Assembly (NCBI GenBank): GCA_014239265.1
Contig: JAAZZH010000004.1
Coordinates: 11,078-75,077 of the forward strand
DNA length: 64,000 nucleotides
DNA from: Actinomycetota bacterium
GTDB taxonomy: Bacteria > Actinomycetota > Acidimicrobiia > Actinomarinales > Actinomarinaceae
Reading direction: 5' to 3'
Shown here piece by piece: positions 47,579-55,899 of this stretch. The notes under the pieces are model-generated. The model was given only the letters and a program-made list of their open reading frames with translations. It had not been told where the DNA came from and searched no databases. Within the stretch, counting starts at the first letter, position 1; the number at the start of each line of letters is the position of its first letter. The position numbers and the translations under genes were made by a program.

Positions 47579-48211
47579 TTATCTGCTTTCTAAAGCTAGC
47601 TGAACTAAAAGTTGACCAACTGCGTCTTGTGGTAAGCTACCAGTTCTTCGTGCCTTAACATTTAATTCATTATCAAGAAATACCCAGTATGGAAATGATG
47701 TAAGACCATATGCATCTCCAATTTTTTTATCTAGATCATATATCTGAGTTTCACTCCAGCCTTCTCTTTCTAGCCAATCGTGAGGAGGATAATTACCTCT
47801 TGATCTGTCAATTGAAGTGGCAACTGCAATTATATCTATACCCTCTGGAACTCCTATAGTATCAATCCATTCTTGTACAGATGGAACTTCTGCTTGGCAG
47901 TAATTACACCAATGAGCAAGAAAAAGTATAGCTTTAGCATTACCATTTTTTTCAAGTGCGATTATTTCAGAATTTTCATTTGGTCCAGAAAACGTTGGAG
48001 CTGAAAGCCCAATTGCAACATTATCATCATTTTCACCAGCATAAGTTGGTAGCGGATCTCCTGTAACAGTGGTCTCTCCTTCTGGAAGACCAGCAGTTAA
48101 AGGTTCAGTACTTAAAGTAACCCCTACTGCGACAGCAAAGCCAATCACTAAGAGAACACCTGCGGCTATTAAGAAATTTTTATTCAATGTTTTGTCTCCT
48201 TGCATAGTCAT
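47579..48211 (-). CDS. Membrane-anchored thioredoxin-fold thiol:disulfide oxidoreductase (TlpA/ResA/BdbD-like)
   Basis: N-terminal TM anchor and active site AHWCNYCQAE (WCxxC). Confidence 0.75.
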   Translation of the reverse strand: MTMQGDKTLNKNFLIAAGVLLVIGFAVAVGVTLSTEPLTAGLPEGETTVTGDPLPTYAGENDDNVAIGLSAPTFSGPNENSEIIALEKNGNAKAILFLAHWCNYCQAEVPSVQEWIDTIGVPEGIDIIAVATSIDRSRGNYPPHDWLEREGWSETQIYDLDKKIGDAYGLTSFPYWVFLDNELNVKARRTGSLPQDAVGQLLVQLALESR

Positions 48212-48704
48212 AATACAATAAAGATATAAATATCGTTAAAAACCCAGTAGCACCCATTACTGGAATACTAATAAAACCGAATATGTCTACATATTTGAGA
48301 TTACATGGAATGTCTACTGCGCAAGACCCTCCACCGCCACCACCATTTTGAAGATAAATATGGTACAAACTAACAAAGAGGCCACCTAAACTAATAAAGC
48401 CAAATTTGTATAAATCCTTTTTAAAAAGTGAAAGAATAAGTATTAATGCTATTGGATACATTAAATAACGTTGGTACCAGCAAAATTTACATGGGATAAA
48501 TCCAACAACTTCAGAGTAAATAATACTTCCAACGGCAGAGAAAGTAGCGACACTTGTTGCGAAGTATAAAAACTGATCAGTAATAAATTTATTAAAAGTT
48601 TTTTTCGTTATATATAGGTATAGAATGCCTGTCGAGATTATCCATGCAGTGACTGTAAAAAACCCAAAGAGAGTATTGAAAAAAATAATTTTATCCATGA
48701 CCAT
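48180..48704 (-). CDS. DsbB/BdbC-family disulfide bond formation protein
   Basis: 4 TM segments. First Cys pair in PCKFCWYQR (the CxxC-x-QR hallmark) and a second pair in SCAVDIPC. Confidence 0.75.
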   Translation of the reverse strand: MVMDKIIFFNTLFGFFTVTAWIISTGILYLYITKKTFNKFITDQFLYFATSVATFSAVGSIIYSEVVGFIPCKFCWYQRYLMYPIALILILSLFKKDLYKFGFISLGGLFVSLYHIYLQNGGGGGGSCAVDIPCNLKYVDIFGFISIPVMGATGFLTIFISLLYYDYARRQNIE

Positions 48705-48716
48705 AATTGTACCTAT

Positions 48717-48747
48717 AAAAAAAGATAGGCGGACATTGCCGCCTATC
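48717..48747 (-). terminator. Rho-independent terminator of the rhodopsin gene
   Basis: On the minus strand: GATAGGCGG-CAATGT-CCGCCTATC (9-bp GC-rich stem) followed by TTTTTTT. It begins 24 nt after the stop codon. Confidence 0.8.
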
Positions 48748-48770
48748 TATAAATTTAATAAGAGTTAAAG

Positions 48771-49436
48771 TTAGACTTTTTCTCCTGATTGAACTTTTGC
48801 CATATTAAGAACTAATACACCAAGACCGACTTTGTTAATAATGTCAGCAACTGTGTATAGAAGCTCTCTCAAGTCCATTAAGTCTGGACTCACTGCTGGT
48901 GCTAAGAATCCTAATGGATAGATTATCCAACCAATAAGAATAAGATTCTTGATTTTTTGGAATGCTTCACCTGCATCACCTGTTAGTGATGTACCTTCAG
49001 CTTGTAGTGCTCTCATTAGAAATGCATAAGCAACCATTGATACTACAAAACCAGTCCAGTATTGTGCATCTCCAGCTTCTGCTGATACTTCTCCGTAATA
49101 TCCTCCACCAATCATTACAAGTGCAGCTGCACCCATAGTTCTGACTTTTTGGGCATACTCTGCACCTTTAGATGTTACTGCAAGAACTTCTACGAACATT
49201 AATGGAACGGTTAGTACCCAATCAACATATCGCAAAGGTGTGTCAAAGTCTCCTGATGCAAAAGATACTGTCATTTTTTGGTAGTGATACCATGCAATTC
49301 CAGTCACTAATGCTGAGATATATACACCTCTTCTGAATTTCGGATCAACTTCTCTTGATGACATCAGTAAATATACTGTTCCTGCAAGCATACCTGCAGT
49401 TGCCACCATAAAAAGTCTGTATGTAAGTTCGGCCAT
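48771..49436 (-). CDS. Microbial type-1 rhodopsin, proteorhodopsin/xanthorhodopsin-like outward proton pump (DTE motif), compact 221 aa
   Basis: 7 TM segments. Helix B LVTGIAWYHY (His as PR H75). Helix C RYVDWVLTVPLMFVE gives D72/T76/E83, with Met80 at the spectral-tuning position. Helix G YTVADIINKVG gives D198 and Schiff-base K202. Good SD (AAAGGAGA). Confidence 0.9.
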   Translation of the reverse strand: MAELTYRLFMVATAGMLAGTVYLLMSSREVDPKFRRGVYISALVTGIAWYHYQKMTVSFASGDFDTPLRYVDWVLTVPLMFVEVLAVTSKGAEYAQKVRTMGAAALVMIGGGYYGEVSAEAGDAQYWTGFVVSMVAYAFLMRALQAEGTSLTGDAGEAFQKIKNLILIGWIIYPLGFLAPAVSPDLMDLRELLYTVADIINKVGLGVLVLNMAKVQSGEKV

Positions 49437-49470
49437 TTTTAAGCGTCTCCTTTATATAGCTTTTAAATAT

Positions 49471-49490
49471 CTTATAATCACAATATAGCA
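49471..49490 (-). promoter_or_regulatory. Candidate -10 elements of the rhodopsin promoter
   Basis: Minus strand reads TGCTATATT (extended -10-like, 49490..49482), then TGATTATAAG (49480..49471). No transcript data. Confidence 0.3.
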
Positions 49491-49494
49491 CGCT

Positions 49495-49510
49495 TGTGAA
49501 ATAATTCACA
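49495..49510. promoter_or_regulatory. Perfect CRP/FNR-type palindrome TGTGA-AATAAT-TCACA upstream of the rhodopsin
   Basis: Read directly. It lies 59-74 nt upstream of the rhodopsin ATG and 33 nt downstream of the photolyase stop. Confidence 0.5.
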
Positions 49511-49542
49511 TGATTTTGGGTATTTTTAACTTTGCAGGTTAT

Positions 49543-51012
49543 CTATATTTTGGAGCCGTATTTTTCAAGATAACCGCCAAGTTTAAATTTCTTAGCAGTA
49601 TTTTCAGAGGTCATATAACGAATTTTTCCATAAATTTTTCTTTCTGGCCCCCACGCTCTATCGTACCTGCCTAGTGACCAGAATACCCCTGAGTATGAAT
49701 TTGGATCTCTACCATCTAAAGCAAATCTATCATTTAAATCAATCATATACGACAAAGCTAATTTAGGATTTGGTGCCCACTCTAATATTTTTTTTGCCCA
49801 GAGCATTCTTAAATAATTATGAATAATACCCTCTTCTCTTAATTGTGTTTGAGCTGCATTCCATATTTCATCATGAGTTTCAGAATTGACTAATTGTTGT
49901 AGTGAATAAACATACTCTCTGGGATCATTCGCATGTTCCTCTAGAGTTTTAATTGCCCATTCTGGAAGCGAGGAATACTGGTCATAATTGGCTCGCGTAA
50001 CGCAAGTATGATATCCAAGTTCTCTCCACGTAATAAGCTCGTCAAAGAAACTTTCTAAATTCTCTGATCCGCCCCACCAACCTTGCCTTCTCCCAACAAA
50101 AGCAGGGTTAACATTTTCCATAGACCAGGATTCGAGTTCATTAACTTTGACAAAAATTTCATATGGCGAAATATGGCCAGCATGTAAATATGGTGATAGT
50201 TGACTACTTGCATCTTCAGATGGATGACTTCTTAATGTTGCGTAATCGTTGTACCCATTTTCTAAAAAGTAATCTAAACGCTCTTTTGCTTTTTTATAGC
50301 CTCCAATAATGGGGCTCTCTTTGACAGTTTTATCGATATTTAAATTGTTTAAAAAGTCTTCTTGATTGAATGTTTCGAAATTTATTTTATTCCACTTACT
50401 ATCTATATCTTTGATTAACTTATCATCAAATTCCACCTCTAATTTGTTAAGAGGATTCTCTTCAGGAACATCCACAAGAAAATCTAATAGATTTTTATGC
50501 ATGTATCTGCGAAAGTCATGAGCCCTTACATACTCTTTTTCTGCAATACGAATTGGAATTAGTCCATTGGCATCGATAATTTCATAGCGTGTGTTAATAA
50601 CTCCTTTTGCTTTTGCAGTCATTTGAGGAACAAAATAGGTTGGGTAATCATCAGTGACTACTACGGCAGCTTTTGAAGATAGTATCGTAAGGAGATCTTC
50701 ACTTGCATTTGGTGTTTCCTCTGCGTATGGGTAGTAAAAAGCTTTAGTTTTTGAAATATCTTCATCAATATCCTTCATACCCTCAAGAAAGAATTTATGG
50801 AACCTTACGCTGGACATTGGATAATCAAGAATTAATGGATCGAAAATCAGTAGTGGTTTATTAAGTTTATTTGCCCATTCGACAGCACGTTGAAGGGCAA
50901 AGTTATACGATGTTCTTTTAAAATTTATTACCCAATAAAGAACGAATTCTTTATCAACATCTGGCTCAATATCTTTTAATGCAGTAATTCTGTTATCAGG
51001 TACGAGATTCAT
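49543..51012 (-). CDS. phr: Deoxyribodipyrimidine photolyase, class II CPD type
   Basis: 489 aa. Class-II-like C-terminus ..WGPERKIYGKIRYMTSENTAKKF.. and an FAD-binding helical-domain block (HNYLRMLWAKKILEW). Confidence 0.8.
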   Translation of the reverse strand: MNLVPDNRITALKDIEPDVDKEFVLYWVINFKRTSYNFALQRAVEWANKLNKPLLIFDPLILDYPMSSVRFHKFFLEGMKDIDEDISKTKAFYYPYAEETPNASEDLLTILSSKAAVVVTDDYPTYFVPQMTAKAKGVINTRYEIIDANGLIPIRIAEKEYVRAHDFRRYMHKNLLDFLVDVPEENPLNKLEVEFDDKLIKDIDSKWNKINFETFNQEDFLNNLNIDKTVKESPIIGGYKKAKERLDYFLENGYNDYATLRSHPSEDASSQLSPYLHAGHISPYEIFVKVNELESWSMENVNPAFVGRRQGWWGGSENLESFFDELITWRELGYHTCVTRANYDQYSSLPEWAIKTLEEHANDPREYVYSLQQLVNSETHDEIWNAAQTQLREEGIIHNYLRMLWAKKILEWAPNPKLALSYMIDLNDRFALDGRDPNSYSGVFWSLGRYDRAWGPERKIYGKIRYMTSENTAKKFKLGGYLEKYGSKI

Positions 51013-51076
51013 TAATCAAGTATAAGTGTGAAATGATTTTTAAAAAAATTAGTTTATGTTTAAAATAAGTACAGTT

Positions 51077-52252
51077 ATGGGTGCAATAAAAATTACAGAT
51101 GTTGGAAAAATTTATCCTAATGGCACGCGTGCTCTTGGAGATGTAAATATAGAGATTAATGATGGAGAATTCGTTGTCCTTGTAGGCCCTTCAGGTTGTG
51201 GTAAAACAACCTTACTTCGCATGGTTGCGGGATTGGAAGACATTACAGAAGGAGAAATTTTTATTGGTGAAAAAGTAGTCAATGAAGTTGCTCCAAAAGA
51301 TCGTGATATCGCCATGGTTTTTCAAAATTATGCTTTGTACCCCCATATGTCTGTTTATGACAATATGGCTTTTTCTCTTAAACTGAGAAAACTTTCGAAA
51401 GAAGAAATAGATAAAAAAGTTAAGGATGCAGCTCGTACTCTGGAAATTAGTGAACTTCTTGAAAGGAAACCAAAGGCTTTATCAGGTGGACAAAGACAGC
51501 GTGTAGCTATGGGTAGGGCAATAGTTAGAAGTCCCCAAGCGTTCTTAATGGATGAACCTCTCTCTAATCTCGATGCCAAATTGAGAGTTCAAATGAGAGC
51601 AGAATTAGGACAACTACATACTCAGCTTGAAACAACAACTCTTTATGTAACCCATGATCAAGTGGAAGCGATGACAATGGGTGATAGAGTTGCAGTTATT
51701 AGAAAAGGGGAACTGCAACAAATAGATACTCCTCGAGAAATATATTTATATCCAAAAAATATATTTGTTGCTGGTTTTATTGGTAGCCCCTCAATGAACT
51801 TTGTATATGCAGATGTAAAAGTTTCTGGAAATGCTGTGGAATTATCTTTTGAGAATGAAACAATTAAATGTTCTGGAGATGCTGTTAATAAACTTAAAAA
51901 CGTAGATGGAAAGCAAATAGTTTTAGGGATAAGACCAGAGGCTTTTGAGGATTCAGTCTATGCAAAAGATAGCGAGTATACGGAGTCAATTAGTATCAAA
52001 GTTACTTTGTTAGAGCAGCTAGGTTCAGACTCTTACATTCACTTTTATAAGGATATAAAACCTGTTCAAACTGAAGCAATTGAGGAAATTCTTGCTGATG
52101 AAGGGGAGGATATAAGTGTCTTGGGGGATGAAACTAAATTTATTGCAAGAATAAATCCTAACTCTACTGTTAAAGAGGGTGAAGAGATTAATCTCTCAAT
52201 AGATCCATCTAAATTGCACTTTTTTGATCCCGAATCGGGTAATGCGCTCTAA
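51077..52252 (+). CDS. Sugar ABC transporter ATPase, MalK/UgpC/MsiK type
   Basis: GPSGCGKTT, LSGGQRQRVA, FLMDEPLSNLD and a C-terminal regulatory (TOBE-like) domain. Start MGAIKIT.. is preferred. Confidence 0.9.
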   Translation: MGAIKITDVGKIYPNGTRALGDVNIEINDGEFVVLVGPSGCGKTTLLRMVAGLEDITEGEIFIGEKVVNEVAPKDRDIAMVFQNYALYPHMSVYDNMAFSLKLRKLSKEEIDKKVKDAARTLEISELLERKPKALSGGQRQRVAMGRAIVRSPQAFLMDEPLSNLDAKLRVQMRAELGQLHTQLETTTLYVTHDQVEAMTMGDRVAVIRKGELQQIDTPREIYLYPKNIFVAGFIGSPSMNFVYADVKVSGNAVELSFENETIKCSGDAVNKLKNVDGKQIVLGIRPEAFEDSVYAKDSEYTESISIKVTLLEQLGSDSYIHFYKDIKPVQTEAIEEILADEGEDISVLGDETKFIARINPNSTVKEGEEINLSIDPSKLHFFDPESGNAL

Positions 52253-53518
52253 TTAATAACTAGCGTCAAGTTCTTCTGTTACTTCGTCTATATATAAACT
52301 CTTTAGTTCAATATATTTCATTAACGCATACCATAAGCTATCAGAGCCTATTCTTCTTTCCATTAATTCAGATGCATCATATCTAAAAAGATTTTCTCTA
52401 AGTGCTGTTGTAATTAATTCTGTTTCTTTAATTGTCATGGGGTTGGTAAGTAAATCTGTAGATGAATTCATGTTTGCAGAGATGTACTGGGAGTCATTTT
52501 TAGCAAGCCATGTACCTCCAAAGTCTGTCGACACAAGTTGCTGAATAACATTGGCTGTGTTGGTGCTGCTGTTAAGCCCTATAACTACATCTCCAATACC
52601 TACCATTGCATTCTTGTACTCTAAAGAGGGAAATTTGAAAAAATCATAATCACTACCGTACTCTGCATCCTCTGGAAAATAGTAACTTGCAAAATGCCCT
52701 GACCAACTAAAAGTACATGAAATATCTTCATCTAATAAATTACGATAATTATTTCTGAACTCTTTTCTAACCATTCTTTTATGGCCACCATAAACCGCAT
52801 CTTCAATAAAAATTAATTTTCCAATATCTAAAATTGATAATGTTACCTCGGGTGAGCTAGAAAACTTCTCTTGGAGGAACCACTCATCATATAATATTGG
52901 TCCGTACTTGTGTAAAAGGGTGTCCTCTAACCAATTGGTAGCAATCCAACCTGTTGAAGCTCCACTTTCAATGTCCATACACCATAAAGGTTTGTCCTTT
53001 TCTGAATTCAGTTGAGTAAATTCAACCATTTCTTCATAACTATTGAAAACTGGACTGCCGAGATTTTTGTATTTAGTAGTGTCATACCAAATTAATGAAT
53101 TTGGAATAACTCTGAACCATGCTCCATAATTGTGATTGTCTACTTTAGAAGTGGTTATGTCTATTAAGTGTTGAGAGAAATTCGTAGTAATAAATTCATT
53201 ATCTAGAAATTCATTGATAGGGACAGCTAGCCCTCGTTGGCCTAAATTTACAACACCTTGCGGATTGGGGATTATGGCTATATCTAAATCATGATTTGGA
53301 TTCTCAATAAGGTGAGTTTCTATATCGCTAAAAGCCTGATATTGTATTGTGATTCCCAATTCGTCTGAAAGTAAATCTATCTCCTCTTGGAAGTAGTCTA
53401 TCTGGGGAAAATTTGGCCCACCTATGACAACATCAATAGGCTTATATCCAATAAATGAGAAGACCATTGTTGTAGATAGAAATATTAAAGCGAATATACT
53501 ATTTTTACTTAATCCCAT
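52253..53518 (-). CDS. Extracellular solute-binding protein (family 1), membrane-anchored paralogue
   Basis: N-terminal TM anchor. Shares blocks with the 57202..58500 protein (S[IL][IV]WY, GAS.GW[IL]AT.W[LM]ED, YD.W). Confidence 0.6.
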   Translation of the reverse strand: MGLSKNSIFALIFLSTTMVFSFIGYKPIDVVIGGPNFPQIDYFQEEIDLLSDELGITIQYQAFSDIETHLIENPNHDLDIAIIPNPQGVVNLGQRGLAVPINEFLDNEFITTNFSQHLIDITTSKVDNHNYGAWFRVIPNSLIWYDTTKYKNLGSPVFNSYEEMVEFTQLNSEKDKPLWCMDIESGASTGWIATNWLEDTLLHKYGPILYDEWFLQEKFSSSPEVTLSILDIGKLIFIEDAVYGGHKRMVRKEFRNNYRNLLDEDISCTFSWSGHFASYYFPEDAEYGSDYDFFKFPSLEYKNAMVGIGDVVIGLNSSTNTANVIQQLVSTDFGGTWLAKNDSQYISANMNSSTDLLTNPMTIKETELITTALRENLFRYDASELMERRIGSDSLWYALMKYIELKSLYIDEVTEELDASY

Positions 53519-54402
53519 AAAAAAGCTGCACCTCTAACTCCACTGCTGTTCCCATGTATGGCCTTTACTATAGGGGTAAGAAAAAAGTTTGAAGCCAAAT
53601 AAGGAATGATTCTTTTTGGAACTTCTTCATAAAGTTCATCTATGTCTGACATGCCACCTCCACAAATGATTATTTCAGGATCTAAAATATTAATAAATGA
53701 GCTGAAGCTCCTAGCAACTCTTTCAAAGTAATCATTCATTACAATTAGAGCCGTTTCATCTTGTTCCCTATATAAAGTTACAATCTCTCTAGAAGACAAT
53801 TTGTTGTTACTCAGAAATTCATAATACTGTTCTAATCCTGGACCGGAAATGAAAACCTCAATTGCTCCAACTCTTCCACAATGTCTCTTAACACTGCTCT
53901 CATATTTATCCATTGGACCAGGAATTGGGTTTTGTCCCCATTCTCCTGTAAGTTTATTGGGGCCTTCAATTAATTTTTTATCTACTACATACCCTGCGCC
54001 AACACCTGTTCCCAAAATAACAGCGAAGACACTTTTATAATCTTTCCCTGCTCCATCTATAGCTTCTGAAAGAGCAAGGCAATCTGCATCATTAGCAATT
54101 TTAACCTCATACCCCAAAGCAGCTTCCAAATCACTTTTTACAGGTTTGTTTTCTAAAACTTTTGTGTTTGAAACCTGAACTAATCCTGTCTCAGGATGAA
54201 GAGAACCAGGCATGCCTATCCCAACAGTAAAATTTTCGACTGGTGATGATATTTCATTTATCAAACTGACAATACTTCGAATAATGTCTTCATAATCACC
54301 TTGAGGAGAATCTATTCTTATTCTGTTAACCTCAGATTTATCGTGGGCATTAATCAGCACTGCCTCTATTTTTGTGCCGCCCCAGTCAACTCCGATTTTC
54401 AT
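53509..54402 (-). CDS. ROK-family sugar kinase (NagK/Mak-like)
   Basis: MKIGVDWGGTKIEAV ATP-binding start and ANDADCLALSE. The zinc motif is degenerate (see findings). Confidence 0.8.
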   Translation of the reverse strand: MKIGVDWGGTKIEAVLINAHDKSEVNRIRIDSPQGDYEDIIRSIVSLINEISSPVENFTVGIGMPGSLHPETGLVQVSNTKVLENKPVKSDLEAALGYEVKIANDADCLALSEAIDGAGKDYKSVFAVILGTGVGAGYVVDKKLIEGPNKLTGEWGQNPIPGPMDKYESSVKRHCGRVGAIEVFISGPGLEQYYEFLSNNKLSSREIVTLYREQDETALIVMNDYFERVARSFSSFINILDPEIIICGGGMSDIDELYEEVPKRIIPYLASNFFLTPIVKAIHGNSSGVRGAAFLWD

Positions 54403-54403
54403 G

Positions 54404-55000
54404 TTATTTACTCAGTTCAAAATTTAAGCTATATTTTTCTATTTTAGTAGTACCAAGCACTTCAATTTGATTATTTTTGTTAACATACCAGACATAAGGC
54501 GCATCAGGGAAATTTTTGGCATAATCAGTTGCTACACCAATTTGAATTTTTTCAGCGTCCTCTAGGTTTACTGTAAGAAATCTTAGATAGTAATAAAAAT
54601 TGTTACACTCATCACTACTTTCCTCGTTAACTTTGCCCGATACAGAATCTATGAAGTTATTACTTTTAAGGAGGTTAAGAGTAACCTCACCAGGCCCGAA
54701 ATTATCCCAGACCGGTCCAACACAAATACTGCCTATGTCGGATTCATAATCTTCTCTAAACTTTAAATCAAATACCAGCGAGTAACTGTTGATGAGATCT
54801 GGATTTACTGGGAAACTCTGTACTTGAAGAATTACCTCTTCACGTGATTCTTCAATTGTGTACACAAGCTTTGTATCAATATGTTCAATAATATCTACAT
54901 CTGTGTATTTTTCTGAAATCTCTATTTCATATTCAACTACGTTATTAGATGAACAAAAAACTATGAGCAAGAGTAAAAAAGGTTTGTATGGGTATTTCAA
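54404..55000 (-). CDS. Hypothetical exported/lipid-anchored protein
   Basis: 198 aa. Signal-like N-terminus ..FLLLLIVFCSSNN. Translationally coupled on both sides within the sugar operon. Confidence 0.5.
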   Translation of the reverse strand: MKYPYKPFLLLLIVFCSSNNVVEYEIEISEKYTDVDIIEHIDTKLVYTIEESREEVILQVQSFPVNPDLINSYSLVFDLKFREDYESDIGSICVGPVWDNFGPGEVTLNLLKSNNFIDSVSGKVNEESSDECNNFYYYLRFLTVNLEDAEKIQIGVATDYAKNFPDAPYVWYVNKNNQIEVLGTTKIEKYSLNFELSK

Positions 55001-55899
55001 CCCTTTACTGCCCCACCAATTAAACCTCTAATGAAGAATCTTTGTAATCCGAAGAAAACAGCTAGCGGAACAATTATAGAGATAACCGCACCTGAAGTTC
55101 TTAAGTGCCAGGCCTCACCAAAACGTCCAACTACTATCTGAGACATGTGTGATGTTACAACCAAGTTTTCTGGCTTATATATTCCTAAAAATACATTAGC
55201 TACTAAGAAGTCATTGTATACCCACAAGAACTGAAAAGTACCAAATGCAGCAATACCAGCTACCGATAGGGGCAGTACCAATTTAAAGAAAGTTGTGAAA
55301 TGGCTAGCTCCATCAATTTTTGCAGACTCAATAACACTCTTAGGTAAACCCATCATAAAGTCTCTCAGAAGGAAGGTAGCCAATGGCAACCCAAACCCTG
55401 TATGGGCAAACCACGTTGCTACGAATGTACCATTTAAATCAAGAGCTGGGATGATTGGTATGCCAGCAATTTCAATTCCATCTTTAAATAGTTGTACAAG
55501 AGGGATTAGTGACATTTGAAGAGGAATAATCATCGACCCAACAACAAAAAGAAATAAAATATCCTTTCCTTTAAATTCCATAAATGCAAATGCATACGCA
55601 GCAAACGCTGCAATTGTTATAGGTATAATTGTTGATGGAATAGTCACGGCTAATGAGTTGTAGAAAGATCGATCAAGATTTTCTGCTCTAAAAACTTCTA
55701 CATAATTATCAAAACTAAGTTCTGACCAAATTGTTCCTGTATAAATAGCATCCCACCAGGAAGTTCTTTTAATACTTTCACCAGGCCTAAAGGAACTTAA
55801 TAAGAAACCAAATAGCGGGAACATCCAAGTTATAGCAATAGTTATGAGAATTAGCTTAGTTGTAGGTTTGTCATACCATTTTTGGTTATTTCTTGTCAT
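54997..55899 (-). CDS. Carbohydrate ABC transporter permease (MalG-like)
   Basis: Start MTRNNQKW.. gives a 4-nt overlap with the upstream permease. EAA-like loop ..ESAKIDGASHFTTFFKLVLP... Confidence 0.85.
   Translation of the reverse strand: MTRNNQKWYDKPTTKLILITIAITWMFPLFGFLLSSFRPGESIKRTSWWDAIYTGTIWSELSFDNYVEVFRAENLDRSFYNSLAVTIPSTIIPITIAAFAAYAFAFMEFKGKDILFLFVVGSMIIPLQMSLIPLVQLFKDGIEIAGIPIIPALDLNGTFVATWFAHTGFGLPLATFLLRDFMMGLPKSVIESAKIDGASHFTTFFKLVLPLSVAGIAAFGTFQFLWVYNDFLVANVFLGIYKPENLVVTSHMSQIVVGRFGEAWHLRTSGAVISIIVPLAVFFGLQRFFIRGLIGGAVKG

Noticed and set aside
47561-47580. Small hairpin AAAGC-TAGAT-GCTTT between the convergent menG-like and tlpA-like genes as a bidirectional terminator
   Set aside because: The stem is only 5 bp and it overlaps both stop codons. 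That is too weak to call.
49495-49510. Alternative reading of the palindrome as the photolyase terminator
   Set aside because: Not fully excluded. However, the stem is only 6 bp (TGTGAA/TTCACA) and A/T-rich, with a 4-nt loop and no U-tract on the - strand. A near-identical sequence also occurs at 45392 in a pure promoter context, so a protein-binding site is the better explanation.
51013-51076. Possible msiK RNA motif or other leader structure upstream of the MsiK-type ATPase
   Set aside because: The 64-nt spacer is almost pure A/T with no stable helices. Only the TGTGA half-site is notable, and that is reported under the photolyase finding.
45344-51076. Looked for retinal/carotenoid genes (blh, crtE/B/I/Y) near the rhodopsin. 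Considered whether the UbiA-family gene could be a lycopene elongase.
   Set aside because: None found. The UbiA-family protein has MenA-type motifs (NDFFD...D; GKNT..VR) and a UbiE/MenG-like neighbour, so menaquinone-type chemistry is more likely than carotenoid elongation.
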